Shown here piece after piece: positions 19,369 through 29,246 of a DNA stretch of 64,000 nucleotides. Position 1 is the stretch's first letter; every line of letters begins with the position of its first letter. The position numbers and the translations under genes are program-made. Source of the stretch: Vicinamibacterales bacterium (GTDB lineage: Bacteria; Acidobacteriota; Vicinamibacteria; Vicinamibacterales; JAMQPK01); contig CAWKKU010000013.1 of the NCBI GenBank assembly GCA_963850295.1, forward strand, positions 249,437 through 313,436. The letters run 5' to 3'. The notes under the pieces are model-generated. The model was not told the origin of the DNA. It saw only the letters and a list, made by a program, of their open reading frames with translations, and ran no database searches.

Positions 19369-20867
19369 TGACTCCCCAATCTTCTCGCAACTTCCACCAA
19401 CGTCCGTACTCCGACGCCCGTCGGCCCCTTGGGCATGAACGGCTTGTTCTCCTCCGCCCAGGCGGTGCCTGCGATATCCAGGTGGACCCATGGAAGGCCG
19501 CCGGTGAACTCCTTCAGGAAGAGCGCGGCGGTGATGGCGCCGCCGATGCGGCCGCCGGTGTTGATCATGTCCGCGATTTCGCTTCGGAGCTGATCCTTGT
19601 ATTCATCGAACAGCGGAAGCTGCCAGCAGCGATCGCCGGCGCGCTCTGCCGCAGCGCCGACCTGATCCACGAAGGTCTGCGGCGTGCCGAAGAGGCCGCT
19701 GGTGATCTTGCCGAGCGCGATGCTGATCGCGCCGGTGAGCGTGGCGATGTCGATTAGATGTGTCGCGCCCATTTGCTGCGCGTACCAGAGCCCGTCTCCG
19801 AGAATGAGCCGACCTTCGGCGTCGGTGTTGACCACCTCGACGGTCTTGCCCGACGCGCTCGTCAGGACGTCCCCTGGTCTCAGCGCGCGGCCACCCAGCA
19901 TGTTCTCCGCAATCGGGATCACGCCGACCACGCGGAGCGGTATCTTCAACTCGGCAATCGCGCGAATGGCGCAGGCGACGGCTGCTCCTCCCGCCATATC
20001 GTCTTTCATGCGATCCATCTCCGCCGCGGGTTTGATGGAGATGCCACCGGTGTCGAAGGTGATGCCCTTCCCCACTAAACCGAGCACAGGTGTGTCGGGC
20101 GCCCCGGCCGGCTCGTAGCGGATCGCGACCAGCCGTGGAGCCTCCGCGCTCGCGCGGCCGACGCCGAGCAGCATGCCCATGCCGAGCCGCTCGAGTTGCT
20201 CTTGCTCCAGCACCTCCACAGCCAGACCGCCGCGGCGCGCAATGTCGCGCAACCGCTCGCTGAACACCGAGGGAATCAGTGCGTTCCCGGGCTCGTTATC
20301 GAGCGCACGGGCGAGGTTGCAGTGTTCTCCAATCACCCGCCCTCGTGTGACGGCTTCCGCCGTTGACGGCGATGCGTCGGAAACGAGGATCGCGAGTCGC
20401 TCCAGCTCGAACGGTTCGTACCCCGCTGTCTTGTAGCGTCCGCTGTCGAACTCCGCAAGCGTCAACCCTTCGGCAATCGCTTGCACCATGTCCGCAGAAG
20501 CCAGGGGGCCATCCGCGACGACCGTCAGGCGCGGGATCTTCTTCTGCCTGGCGAGCAATCCCACCGCCGTCGCAGAGCGCCGGGCGCGATCGATGGTGAA
20601 CTCAGACTGTTGCCCGAGACCGATCACTGCAAGCCGCCGGGGTTTGAACGTGGAGTCCGTAATCGGGGTGAAGAAGTGCTCGAACAGCTTGCCGCTGAAC
20701 TCCTTCGTCGCCATGGCGCGATCCACCTCGCGGCCGGTCGGCGCCGACCAGCGCGCGAGCGCGGCTGGCTGCTCTTCGAATGAAGAGGCGATTACAAGAT
20801 CCGTGTCCGCGGAGCGCGGATCACCCGTAAGTACATCCATCAGTTTGGATTTGTGTCCGTCCGTCAT
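19353..20867 (-). CDS. pepA: Leucyl aminopeptidase (M17)
   Basis: 504-aa ORF with VGKGITFDTGGISIKP and NTDAEGRLILGD motifs. The C-terminal codons cag gaa tct aga atc tag are encoded by the heptamer array. Confidence 0.92.
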   Translation of the reverse strand: MTDGHKSKLMDVLTGDPRSADTDLVIASSFEEQPAALARWSAPTGREVDRAMATKEFSGKLFEHFFTPITDSTFKPRRLAVIGLGQQSEFTIDRARRSATAVGLLARQKKIPRLTVVADGPLASADMVQAIAEGLTLAEFDSGRYKTAGYEPFELERLAILVSDASPSTAEAVTRGRVIGEHCNLARALDNEPGNALIPSVFSERLRDIARRGGLAVEVLEQEQLERLGMGMLLGVGRASAEAPRLVAIRYEPAGAPDTPVLGLVGKGITFDTGGISIKPAAEMDRMKDDMAGGAAVACAIRAIAELKIPLRVVGVIPIAENMLGGRALRPGDVLTSASGKTVEVVNTDAEGRLILGDGLWYAQQMGATHLIDIATLTGAISIALGKITSGLFGTPQTFVDQVGAAAERAGDRCWQLPLFDEYKDQLRSEIADMINTGGRIGGAITAALFLKEFTGGLPWVHLDIAGTAWAEENKPFMPKGPTGVGVRTLVEVARRLGSQESRI

Positions 20868-20911
20868 TTTTGTCGTGGGGCGTTAATGCCAGTTAAGGCC
20901 ATTATGCATGC

Positions 20912-21385
20912 TTGCTCTCGGGATTCGCGCTGTGTACGATCTCACCCATGGTTCCCCCTCCTGTAACCACTACGGTGTGCGCCGGGGCATTGCTGCTTGC
21001 CGCAGTCATGTACCCCGTTGGGGCGCAGGAGAAACAGGAGAAGAAAGACGCCAAACGTCCTTCGCTGTCGCTCAAGGCGACGCCGGGGACGGGAATGGTG
21101 CCGGTGCGTGTCTCGGCAACCGCCGAGTTCAAGGGCGGCGACGACGACTTTCAGGACTACTACTGTCCGGCGTTCGAGTGGAACTGGGGCGACGGCACCG
21201 TCTCGGAACAGTCAAACGATTGTGAGCCGTACGAGTCGGGCGTATCACTGATCAAGCGGCGCTACACCGGGTCCCACACCTACAAACGTGCCGGAGCCTT
21301 CCGCATCGTTTTTCGGCTGAAGCACCGCGACAAGGTGCTCACCTCGCAGACGACAATCGTCAGGCTGCTTGGCGGCGGGTTTTGA
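20912..21385 (+). CDS. Secreted PKD-like domain protein (hypothetical)
   Basis: Hydrophobic N-terminus followed by a PKD-type signature (FEWNWGDGT....SHTYKRAGAFRIVFRL). The start is uncertain (alternative Met at about 20947). Confidence 0.6.
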   Translation: MLSGFALCTISPMVPPPVTTTVCAGALLLAAVMYPVGAQEKQEKKDAKRPSLSLKATPGTGMVPVRVSATAEFKGGDDDFQDYYCPAFEWNWGDGTVSEQSNDCEPYESGVSLIKRRYTGSHTYKRAGAFRIVFRLKHRDKVLTSQTTIVRLLGGGF

Positions 21386-21399
21386 TCATCTTCGCTGCC

Positions 21400-21427
21400 A
21401 GAGCTTAGAGCAAAGAGCTTAGAGCGA
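21400..21427. repeat. Heptamer array (AGAGCWW)x4, the reverse complement of the TYTGCTC family
   Basis: agagctt agagcaa agagctt agagcga. It encodes the last residues (..FALSSLL) and the TAA stop (complement of 21405-21407) of the JAMM gene. Confidence 0.88.
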
Positions 21428-21812
21428 AACACTCCGGGCGCCCTCCTTCGAATCGATACGCGCGCACCTCGTCGTCCAGCAGCGACACAATCACGTACAC
21501 GAACTCCGGACCGCTGTTTGCCTCGGCAATATCGGTCGGCGACGGCACTGGCTCGCTTGCCGGGTGTGAGTGATAGGCGCCGATGACGTCCAGTCCTTCC
21601 GCGCGCGCGGCTCTGATGGCTCTGAAGTGATCTTCGGGATGAACGAGGTATCGCGTCGCTTCCGGGGCGATGTTTCTTGCGCGCGCGCTCCGCGCGATGC
21701 GTCCGGCCGTGCCGAGCAACAGGCCGCAGCACTCGCGCGGCGCTTCGGTCCGCGCATGCGCCCGTAGCTCGGCAAGCACCTCGGCGGGTATATACAGGGG
21801 GTCTGACCCCAT
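21405..21812 (-). CDS. MPN/JAMM-domain metalloprotease (Mov34 family)
   Basis: 135-aa ORF with E..C.GLLLG and the JAMM motif YHSHPASEPVPSPTD. The ATG directly follows the tyrA TAA (TAAATG). Confidence 0.85.
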   Translation of the reverse strand: MGSDPLYIPAEVLAELRAHARTEAPRECCGLLLGTAGRIARSARARNIAPEATRYLVHPEDHFRAIRAARAEGLDVIGAYHSHPASEPVPSPTDIAEANSGPEFVYVIVSLLDDEVRAYRFEGGRPECFALSSLL

Positions 21813-22715
21813 TTATTCGCCGGCGACCAGCGTCTCGCGCCAGCGATTGGCGGATTCGAATACGTCCTCGATTGATGTTCCCGTTTTCAGATCGCCGCGC
21901 AATTCCTGCAGCACCGCAATGAGCGCGTCGAGCGCCGCACCAATCTCGTCGGCATTCGTCGCGCAGACTTCTTTCCAGATGTCGGCCGGGCTCGACGCGA
22001 GACGGGTCGTATCGTGCAAGCCGCGCCCGCTGAGTGACAGGCCTTCGCGTCCCGCGGCATGGCCGACGACGTGCATCAGAGCGCTGACGGTCAGTTGCGG
22101 AAGGTGGCTGATGAAGGCGAGCAACCGGTCGTGCGTCTCAGCCGAAAGTGTCTGGGGAACCGCGCCAAGGCCGGCGGCAAACGCGTTGAGCTTTTCCATC
22201 ACCGCGGGGTCGTGTGCGTGGTCCGGAGTAAACAGCCACGGCCGCCCCGAAAACATGTCGGGGCGCGCATGTTCGATGCCGCCGCGAGCGGCGCCGCCCA
22301 GAGGATGGCCGCCGACGAAGGTAAATCGGCTGGGGAGCAACGCGGCGGCAGCCATCATCTCGCGCTTCGTGCTTCCCGTATCGGTGATCACGGCGCTGCC
22401 CGCGATGTTGTCGGGAATCTCGCGCATCACTTCGAGATTCTGCTGAACCGGGGCAGCGAGGATTACGAGATCCGCCTCGGCCAGCACGACCGGATCGTCC
22501 GCCGCGACGTCCACGGCGTGCAACACCATCGCACGCTCCAGGACGTCTTTTCGATCGACCCCAATCACCAGCGCGGCCGGCCAAATCTCACGCGCCGCAA
22601 GGGCAATCGATCCGCCAATCAATCCCAACCCGACGATGCCGATGCGCTGGAAGATTGGCGGCTGCCCCGGATTTTTTTCCGGTCGCAGCATCGGTAGCTG
22701 TTTTCCCTCAGGCAC
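21813..22715 (-). CDS. tyrA: Prephenate dehydrogenase
   Basis: 300-aa ORF with the NAD-binding motif IGIVGLGLIGGSIALAA and a PDH core (GGHPLGG, SHLPQL). Confidence 0.88.
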   Translation of the reverse strand: MPEGKQLPMLRPEKNPGQPPIFQRIGIVGLGLIGGSIALAAREIWPAALVIGVDRKDVLERAMVLHAVDVAADDPVVLAEADLVILAAPVQQNLEVMREIPDNIAGSAVITDTGSTKREMMAAAALLPSRFTFVGGHPLGGAARGGIEHARPDMFSGRPWLFTPDHAHDPAVMEKLNAFAAGLGAVPQTLSAETHDRLLAFISHLPQLTVSALMHVVGHAAGREGLSLSGRGLHDTTRLASSPADIWKEVCATNADEIGAALDALIAVLQELRGDLKTGTSIEDVFESANRWRETLVAGE

Positions 22716-22726
22716 TCAAGCTCCGT

Positions 22727-22766
22727 AATCTTCCAATCTCCCAATCTCCCAATCCGCCAATTCCTA
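22727..22766. repeat. Octamer tandem array (AATCTCCC-like) x5 between DAHP synthase and tyrA
   Basis: aatcttcc aatctccc aatctccc aatccgcc aattccta. The last unit contains the DAHP synthase stop (complement of 22764-22766). On the coding strand it reads (GGGAGATT)n. Confidence 0.88.
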
Positions 22767-23810
22767 CCGCCCCCATCCCCGCTTCACCACCGGCTCCACA
22801 CAGATGCTCCGTCCAATTGCGGGAGCGATGATGCGGAGCTCGGCCATCACCCGATCGAACTGCGCCGGGAACATCGACTGCGCGCCGTCGCTCAATGCCT
22901 TGTCGGGGTTCGAATGGACCTCGACGATGATGCCGTCGGCCCCCGCGGCAACCGATGCTCTCGCCATCGCCGCAACCTTGTTCCGCTTGCCCGTCGCGTG
23001 GCTCGGGTCGGTGATGATCGGAAGGTGGCTCAGCTTCTTGATGACCGGGATCGCCGAGATGTCGAGGGTGTTGCGTGTGTAGCTCTCGAAGGTGCGGATG
23101 CCGCGCTCGCAGAGGATCACGTCGTTGTTGCCGCCGGCGAGCACATATTCGGCCGACAGCAGCCACTCTTCGATCGTCGCGGCGATGCCGCGCTTCAGCA
23201 GCACGGGCTTGCGCGTCCGGCCGAGCTCGCGGAGCAGCGTGAAGTTCTGCATGTTGCGCGCGCCCACCTGATAGATGTCGGAGTAGCGGCCGACGACGTC
23301 GATTTGGCTGACGTCCATGACCTCTGACACCAGCTTCAAGTTGTGCTGGTCCGCCGCCGCGCGGAGCATGCGCAGACCCTCTTCGCCGAGCCCCTGAAAG
23401 CTGTAGGGGGAGCTGCGCGGCTTGAACGCGCCGCCGCGAAGAACCTTGGCGCCGGCCTTTTTCACGGCGGCTGCCGTCGTGAAGACCTGCTCTTCGGTTT
23501 CAGCCGAGCACGGTCCCGCCATCACGATGACTTCGTCGCCGCCGATGCGGACGTCGTCGATGACGACGACGGTGCCCTCCGGTTTGAAGGTGCGGCTTGC
23601 CAGCTTGTACGGCTCGGTAATGCGAAGCACCTCGTGAACACCGTCCATGACTTCGATTAATGCGGGATCCACTTTGTGCGCTCCTACCACACCGAGCACG
23701 GTGCGATTGACGCCCGTCGAGCGGTGCACATCCATGCCTGCGTCCACCAGCGAGGCCACGACTTTTTCAATCTGCGCCTCTGTTGCGCGCTCTTCCATGA
23801 CCACTACCAT
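22764..23810 (-). CDS. aroF: 3-deoxy-7-phosphoheptulonate (DAHP) synthase, type I-beta, with an N-terminal ferredoxin-like regulatory domain
   Basis: 348-aa ORF. The N-terminal ~70 aa (MVVVMEERATEAQIEKVVASLVDAGMDVHRSTG) are followed by a KDSA/DAHPS-I-beta core (GAFKPRSSPYSFQGLG, DPSHATG). Confidence 0.88.
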   Translation of the reverse strand: MVVVMEERATEAQIEKVVASLVDAGMDVHRSTGVNRTVLGVVGAHKVDPALIEVMDGVHEVLRITEPYKLASRTFKPEGTVVVIDDVRIGGDEVIVMAGPCSAETEEQVFTTAAAVKKAGAKVLRGGAFKPRSSPYSFQGLGEEGLRMLRAAADQHNLKLVSEVMDVSQIDVVGRYSDIYQVGARNMQNFTLLRELGRTRKPVLLKRGIAATIEEWLLSAEYVLAGGNNDVILCERGIRTFESYTRNTLDISAIPVIKKLSHLPIITDPSHATGKRNKVAAMARASVAAGADGIIVEVHSNPDKALSDGAQSMFPAQFDRVMAELRIIAPAIGRSICVEPVVKRGWGR

Positions 23811-23812
23811 GA

Positions 23813-24148
23813 CTATCGATCCTCCACTTTGCCCGCCTGCCCCGCCGTAGCGTCTCCGCGGAGGGGGGCCGGGTTATGAGCTGTCGCGCGCTCGATGCGC
23901 CGCGCCTCGTCGATGATCCGTTCGAACACTCGTGCTATTGCGTCCCCTTCGAGGGGGCTGCCCGTCTGTTTGCCGTGCGTGCGTACGTGGTGCAGCACCT
24001 GCGCCTCCCGGTCGGGCTGGTACACCTCGAGGCCGAGACTCTGCTTCAACTTGCCGATCTCGAGCGCGCAGTGCGCGCGTTCGTTCAGCAGCTCCACCAG
24101 CCGTTCATCGAGCTGATCGATTCGCCGTCTGAGCTCGTCGATGTTCAT
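23813..24148 (-). CDS. Chorismate mutase (AroQ class)
   Basis: 111-aa [39 protein letters not shown]...YQPDREAQVL. Confidence 0.85.
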   Translation of the reverse strand: MNIDELRRRIDQLDERLVELLNERAHCALEIGKLKQSLGLEVYQPDREAQVLHHVRTHGKQTGSPLEGDAIARVFERIIDEARRIERATAHNPAPLRGDATAGQAGKVEDR

Positions 24149-24960
24149 CAGCGATGTGTACCACCGCCGGCGTCTCCTTTGAGCCAGCGAACATACGATT
24201 CTACTCTTTCAACCAGTTCCGGGCTCTTCCCGGCCTCGGCGATCACCCCCACGAGCCCGCTCCCGACGACCGCCGCGTCGGCGAACTCTCCGATCTTCCG
24301 CACGTGTTCCGGCGAGGAAATCCCGAACCCGAGCGCGACGGGCAACGCCGATGCCGCGCGTATTCGCGAGGCGAGCGCCTGCGCTCCGTCGGCCACCGTC
24401 GTACGCGTCCCCGTCACGCCGAGCCTGGAGATACCATACAAAAACCCGCGGCCGAGCCGGGCCGCTTCCTTCATCCGCGTGTCGGTGGTCGTCGGGCTCA
24501 ACAAGAAAATCATGTCGATGTCCCGTGCCGCCATCGCGTCGCGGAACGTTCCTGCTTCTTCGATCGGAAGATCCAGCACCAGCACCCCGTCGACGCCGGC
24601 ATCGCGGGCGCGATCGGCAAACGCGTCCACCCCAAGCCTGAGCACCGGATTCGCATATGTAAACAGCACGATCGGCGTCTTGATTTTCGGCCGCACGCGC
24701 TCGACGAGATCCAGCACGCTCCTCGCGGTGGTGCCCGCCGCCAGCGCGCGCTCCGTCGCGCGTTGAATGACGGGGCCATCCGCGAGCGGCTCGGAAAACG
24801 GAATACCCACTTCCATCACGTCGGCGCCGGCCCGCTCGAGGGCATACAGAATATCGGCCGATCGCGCGATGTCGGGGTCGCCCGCCGTCACATAGGTCAC
24901 GAGCCCTGTGCGCCGTTCCTCCCTCAGTTTCTGGAACGTCGCATCAATTCTAGATGGCAC
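24148..24960 (-). CDS. trpA: Tryptophan synthase alpha chain
   Basis: 270-aa ORF with GDPD...[17 protein letters not shown] and GFGIS motifs. Confidence 0.93.
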   Translation of the reverse strand: MPSRIDATFQKLREERRTGLVTYVTAGDPDIARSADILYALERAGADVMEVGIPFSEPLADGPVIQRATERALAAGTTARSVLDLVERVRPKIKTPIVLFTYANPVLRLGVDAFADRARDAGVDGVLVLDLPIEEAGTFRDAMAARDIDMIFLLSPTTTDTRMKEAARLGRGFLYGISRLGVTGTRTTVADGAQALASRIRAASALPVALGFGISSPEHVRKIGEFADAAVVGSGLVGVIAEAGKSPELVERVESYVRWLKGDAGGGTHR

Positions 24961-26173
24961 TGTCCGCCCCGTCCGTTGCCGAGACCGTATGAACGTCTTT
25001 GTCGCCCCGGCCAGACAAATTGATCAGAATCTGCGCGTCCGGCCCGAGCTCCTGCGCCAGCGTGCACGCGTATGCAACCGCGTGCGACGACTCCAGCGCG
25101 GGAATGATGCCTTCCGTGCGTGCCAGCTCGCGGAATGCCGCGAGCGCATCGTTGTCGCCGACCCATGAATATTCAGTGCGCCCCATGTCTTTGAGCCATG
25201 CGTGTTCCGGACCTACCGCGGCATAGTCGAGGCCGGCCGAGATTGAGTGCGTGAGTTCGATATTGCCGTTGTCGTCCTGCAGCACGTAGGTTCGCGTGCC
25301 CTGCAGCACGCCGGCGAGGCCGGTCGCAAATCTCGCGGCATGGCGGCCCGCCGAAAGCGCCTCGCCGCCTGCCTCGACGCCGATGAGACGGACGGTCTTG
25401 TCGGCGACGAACGCGTCGAAGATGCCCAGCGCGTTGCTTCCACCACCGACGCACGCCACAACAACATCGGGCAGCCGCCCGTTCATCTTGTGAAACTGTT
25501 CGCGCGCTTCACGGCCGATCACCGATTGGAATTCCCTGACCATCAGCGGATACGGATGGGGTCCAAGCACGGAGCCGAGCAGATAGTAGCTGTCGGTGAC
25601 ATTGGTAACCCAGTCGCGCATCGCCTCGTTGATCGCGTCTTTCAGAGTCCGGCTGCCGGCAGACACGCCGCGCACCGTCGCGCCGAGCAAACGCATCCGG
25701 ACGACGTTCAGCGCCTGCCGGGCCATGTCATCGGTGCCCATATATACGTGGCACTCCAGGCCGAGCAGCGCGCAGACGGTCGCCGTCGCCACACCGTGTT
25801 GACCGGCACCGGTCTCGGCGATGACGCGTTGTTTCCCCATGCGTCTCGCCAGCAGGGCCTGACCCAGCGCGTTGTTGATCTTGTGTGCGCCGGTGTGGGC
25901 CAGATCTTCGCGTTTGAGAAAGAGGCGCGCCGCCGGTTTGCGAAGCGACGCCGACAACCGCACCGCTTCATACACCGGTGTGGGTCTGCCGACATAATCT
26001 GCGAGCAGGCGATCGAATTCCTTCAGGAATGCCGGATCGGCGCGCGCCTCGAGGTACGCGGCCTGCAGTTGTTCGACCGGGGCCACGAGCGTCTCGGGCA
26101 CAAAGGTGCCGCCATACTCTCCGTAATAGCCGCGAGCGTTCGGATCTCGCCGGCCGAATCGCGTATCAGTCAT
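24950..26173 (-). CDS. trpB: Tryptophan synthase beta chain
   Basis: 407-aa ORF with [16 protein letters not shown] (PLP lysine) and GGGSNA. Confidence 0.95.
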   Translation of the reverse strand: MTDTRFGRRDPNARGYYGEYGGTFVPETLVAPVEQLQAAYLEARADPAFLKEFDRLLADYVGRPTPVYEAVRLSASLRKPAARLFLKREDLAHTGAHKINNALGQALLARRMGKQRVIAETGAGQHGVATATVCALLGLECHVYMGTDDMARQALNVVRMRLLGATVRGVSAGSRTLKDAINEAMRDWVTNVTDSYYLLGSVLGPHPYPLMVREFQSVIGREAREQFHKMNGRLPDVVVACVGGGSNALGIFDAFVADKTVRLIGVEAGGEALSAGRHAARFATGLAGVLQGTRTYVLQDDNGNIELTHSISAGLDYAAVGPEHAWLKDMGRTEYSWVGDNDALAAFRELARTEGIIPALESSHAVAYACTLAQELGPDAQILINLSGRGDKDVHTVSATDGADSAI

Positions 26174-26780
26174 TCAGCGCCTCGAAAAACATCCGCAATC
26201 GATTCGCATCTTTCACGCCTGGACTCGACTCGACGCCGGATGACACGTCGACGCCGTACGGCCGGACCGTACGCACCGCGAGTTTGATATTCGCCGGCGT
26301 CAGACCCCCGGCGAGAATCGTCGGCCGAACCGCCGCCATTTCGCGGGCTGCAGCCCAGTTGACGGTCTGGCCAGTGCCTCCGCGCCGCTCCGGATCGTGC
26401 GCGTCGGCGAGCAGCACGACATCCGGATCGAAACCTTCGAATGACACAGGTCCGCCGCTGGCCATGGCGATCGACTTGAAAATGCGGCGATTCAGCGTCC
26501 GGCAATATTCAGGTGTCTCCTGGCCGTGCAGTTGCGCCACGTCCAATCCTGCGTCGTCCATGATTCGTGTCACCTCGTCCGCCGGCTGATCGACGAACAC
26601 GCCAACCCTCTCGACGCCCGGCGGGAGATCGTTCGTGATCGCCCTGGCCGCGTCTGCTGTGATGGAGCGGGGACTGCCGGGCCAGAACACGAAGCCCAGC
26701 GCGCTGGCGCCCAGCTCGGCCGCCAGCCACGCGTCTTCCGGGCGTGTGATGCCGCAGATCTTCACGAAGAGACCCGTCAC
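26166..26780 (-). CDS. trpF: Phosphoribosylanthranilate isomerase
   Basis: 204-aa [15 protein letters not shown]...LHG...[11 protein letters not shown]. Confidence 0.9.
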   Translation of the reverse strand: MTGLFVKICGITRPEDAWLAAELGASALGFVFWPGSPRSITADAARAITNDLPPGVERVGVFVDQPADEVTRIMDDAGLDVAQLHGQETPEYCRTLNRRIFKSIAMASGGPVSFEGFDPDVVLLADAHDPERRGGTGQTVNWAAAREMAAVRPTILAGGLTPANIKLAVRTVRPYGVDVSSGVESSPGVKDANRLRMFFEALND

Positions 26781-27589
26781 GCGCTGGTGCCTTTCAGCAA
26801 ATCCGCCAGCGCCGCCCCTGGATCGTCGGTGGTCATGAAACGCTCGCCGACGAGAAACGCATCGTACCCTGCGCTCTTCAGTTCGCGCAGATCGGCGCTG
26901 GTCTTCAGGCCGCTCTCCGCCACCGCGACCACTTCGTCTGGGATCAGCTCCACCGCATCACGGCTCACCCGCGTATCCACGTCGAGCGTGCGGAGATTGC
27001 GGTTGTTGACGCCGATGATCGACGCCCCCGCTTCGAGCGCCACAGGCAACTCCTGCAGCTCGTGAATCTCCACGAGCACGTCCAGCCCCTGATCGGTCGC
27101 TGCACGATGCAGTTCCGCCAGCGAATCCGCGTTCAGCGCCGCGACGATCAACAGGATTGCGTCGGCGCCCGCCGCCCGCGCCTCGAGAATCTGGTAGCGA
27201 TCGACGATGAAATCCTTGCGAAGCAAGGGCACGGTCGTCGCCCGGCGGACTGCTTCGAGATGTTCGAGCGCGCCGTCGAAAAACGCCGGCTCGGTCAATA
27301 CCGAAATCGCGGCCGCCCCGGCCCGCTCGTAACCCGTCGCAATAGCCGCCGGATCGTAATCGGCCCTGAGCACGCCTCGAGAGGGCGAGCGCCGCTTGCA
27401 TTCCGCGATCACGCTGAGGCGATCGCTGCGAGTAAGGGCATTGGCAAATACGCCGGGTCTAGGCTCAACTCGCGCCGCCTGGCGCGCGACCTCCTCGAGC
27501 GTTTCGCGCGTACGCCGCGCGTCCACTGACCGTCGCGTGGACGCGACGATCGCCGCGAGCAGATCAGGCGTGTCGGCTGTCGAGGTCAC
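26777..27589 (-). CDS. trpC: Indole-3-glycerol phosphate synthase
   Basis: GTG start overlapping the trpD stop (GTGA). Contains VIAECKRRSPSRG, LRKDFIVDRYQI and IIGVNNRNL. The track ORF 26777..27925 is extended upstream artefactually. Confidence 0.9.
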   Translation of the reverse strand: MTSTADTPDLLAAIVASTRRSVDARRTRETLEEVARQAARVEPRPGVFANALTRSDRLSVIAECKRRSPSRGVLRADYDPAAIATGYERAGAAAISVLTEPAFFDGALEHLEAVRRATTVPLLRKDFIVDRYQILEARAAGADAILLIVAALNADSLAELHRAATDQGLDVLVEIHELQELPVALEAGASIIGVNNRNLRTLDVDTRVSRDAVELIPDEVVAVAESGLKTSADLRELKSAGYDAFLVGERFMTTDDPGAALADLLKGTSA

Positions 27590-28634
27590 GACGGCCCGCC
27601 TTCGCGCTTTGGCGCTTCGGCGAGGCAGGCCTTTGACGCGGCGATCATCGCGTCGAGTGTTTTGCCGGCGGCGCCCGAATCGATGGCCTGCGCGGCCGCC
27701 GCGATGCCGTCGCGCACGGACGCTGTTTTTCCGCCGACGAACAACGAGGCGCCGGCATTCAGCAGCACGACGTCGCGGCGCGGACCTCGCTCGCCGCCCA
27801 GAACGGCGCGGATAATCGCCGCATTGGCCACCGCGTCTCCACCTTGCAGATCCTTCCGTTCTGCCTTGGGCAGACCGAAATCCGACGGATGCACGTAGAA
27901 GGTGGAGACCGATCCATCGCGGCACTCCGAGACCTTCGTATGCCCCGTCGTGGACATCTCGTCGATGCCGTCGGCGCCGTGGACGACCCAGGCCCGTTCC
28001 GAGCCCAGCATCAGCAGCGCCCGCGCGATCAGTTCGGTGAGCTCGGAATGCGGGACGCCGACGAGCTGGTTCCGCGTGCCGACCGGATTCGTGAGCGGAC
28101 CTAACAAATTGAATGCCGTCCGCACCGCCAGCTCCTTCCGCACCGGCGCCGCGTATCGCATGGAGGGATGAAAGGTCGGCGCGAAGAAAAACGCGATGCC
28201 GACTTGGTCCAGAGAGCGCTCAACCGCCGCCGGTTCCGCGGCGATGTTGACGCCGAGCGCTTCGTACACATCCGCCGAGCCGCACTGGCTGGAGACTGAG
28301 CGGTTGCCATGTTTCGCCACGCGGAGTCCGGCGGCCGCGGCAACGAGTGCTGCCGCGGACGAAATATTGAAGGTCCCCGAACGGTCACCGCCCGTGCCGC
28401 ACGTATCGAACGCATCGTCATATCGCTTGGAGAGCTGCACGGCGTTGGCGCGCATCGTTCTGGCAAGACCGGCGATCTCGGCGGGCCGCTCCCCTTTCAT
28501 CGTGAGGCCCACGAGCAGCGCGCCAATCTGCGCCGGCGACGCCGAGCCGCTCATGATCGCGCTCATCGCCGCGGCCGACTCGTCGACGGTCAGATTTTCA
28601 CGGCGCATGAGTTTTTCGAGGAGGGACGAGATCG

Positions 28635-28638
<4 letters not shown>
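27586..28638 (-). CDS. trpD: Anthranilate phosphoribosyltransferase
   Basis: The last 350 aa of track ORF 27586..30156: MTISSLLEKLMRRENLT...DTCGTGGDRSGTFNISS...KHGNRSVSS. The ATG overlaps the trpG stop (ATGA). Confidence 0.92.
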
Positions 28639-29216
<578 letters not shown>

Positions 29217-29246
29217 ACGGTACGTCGTGCCCGGACTTAGCCGGAC

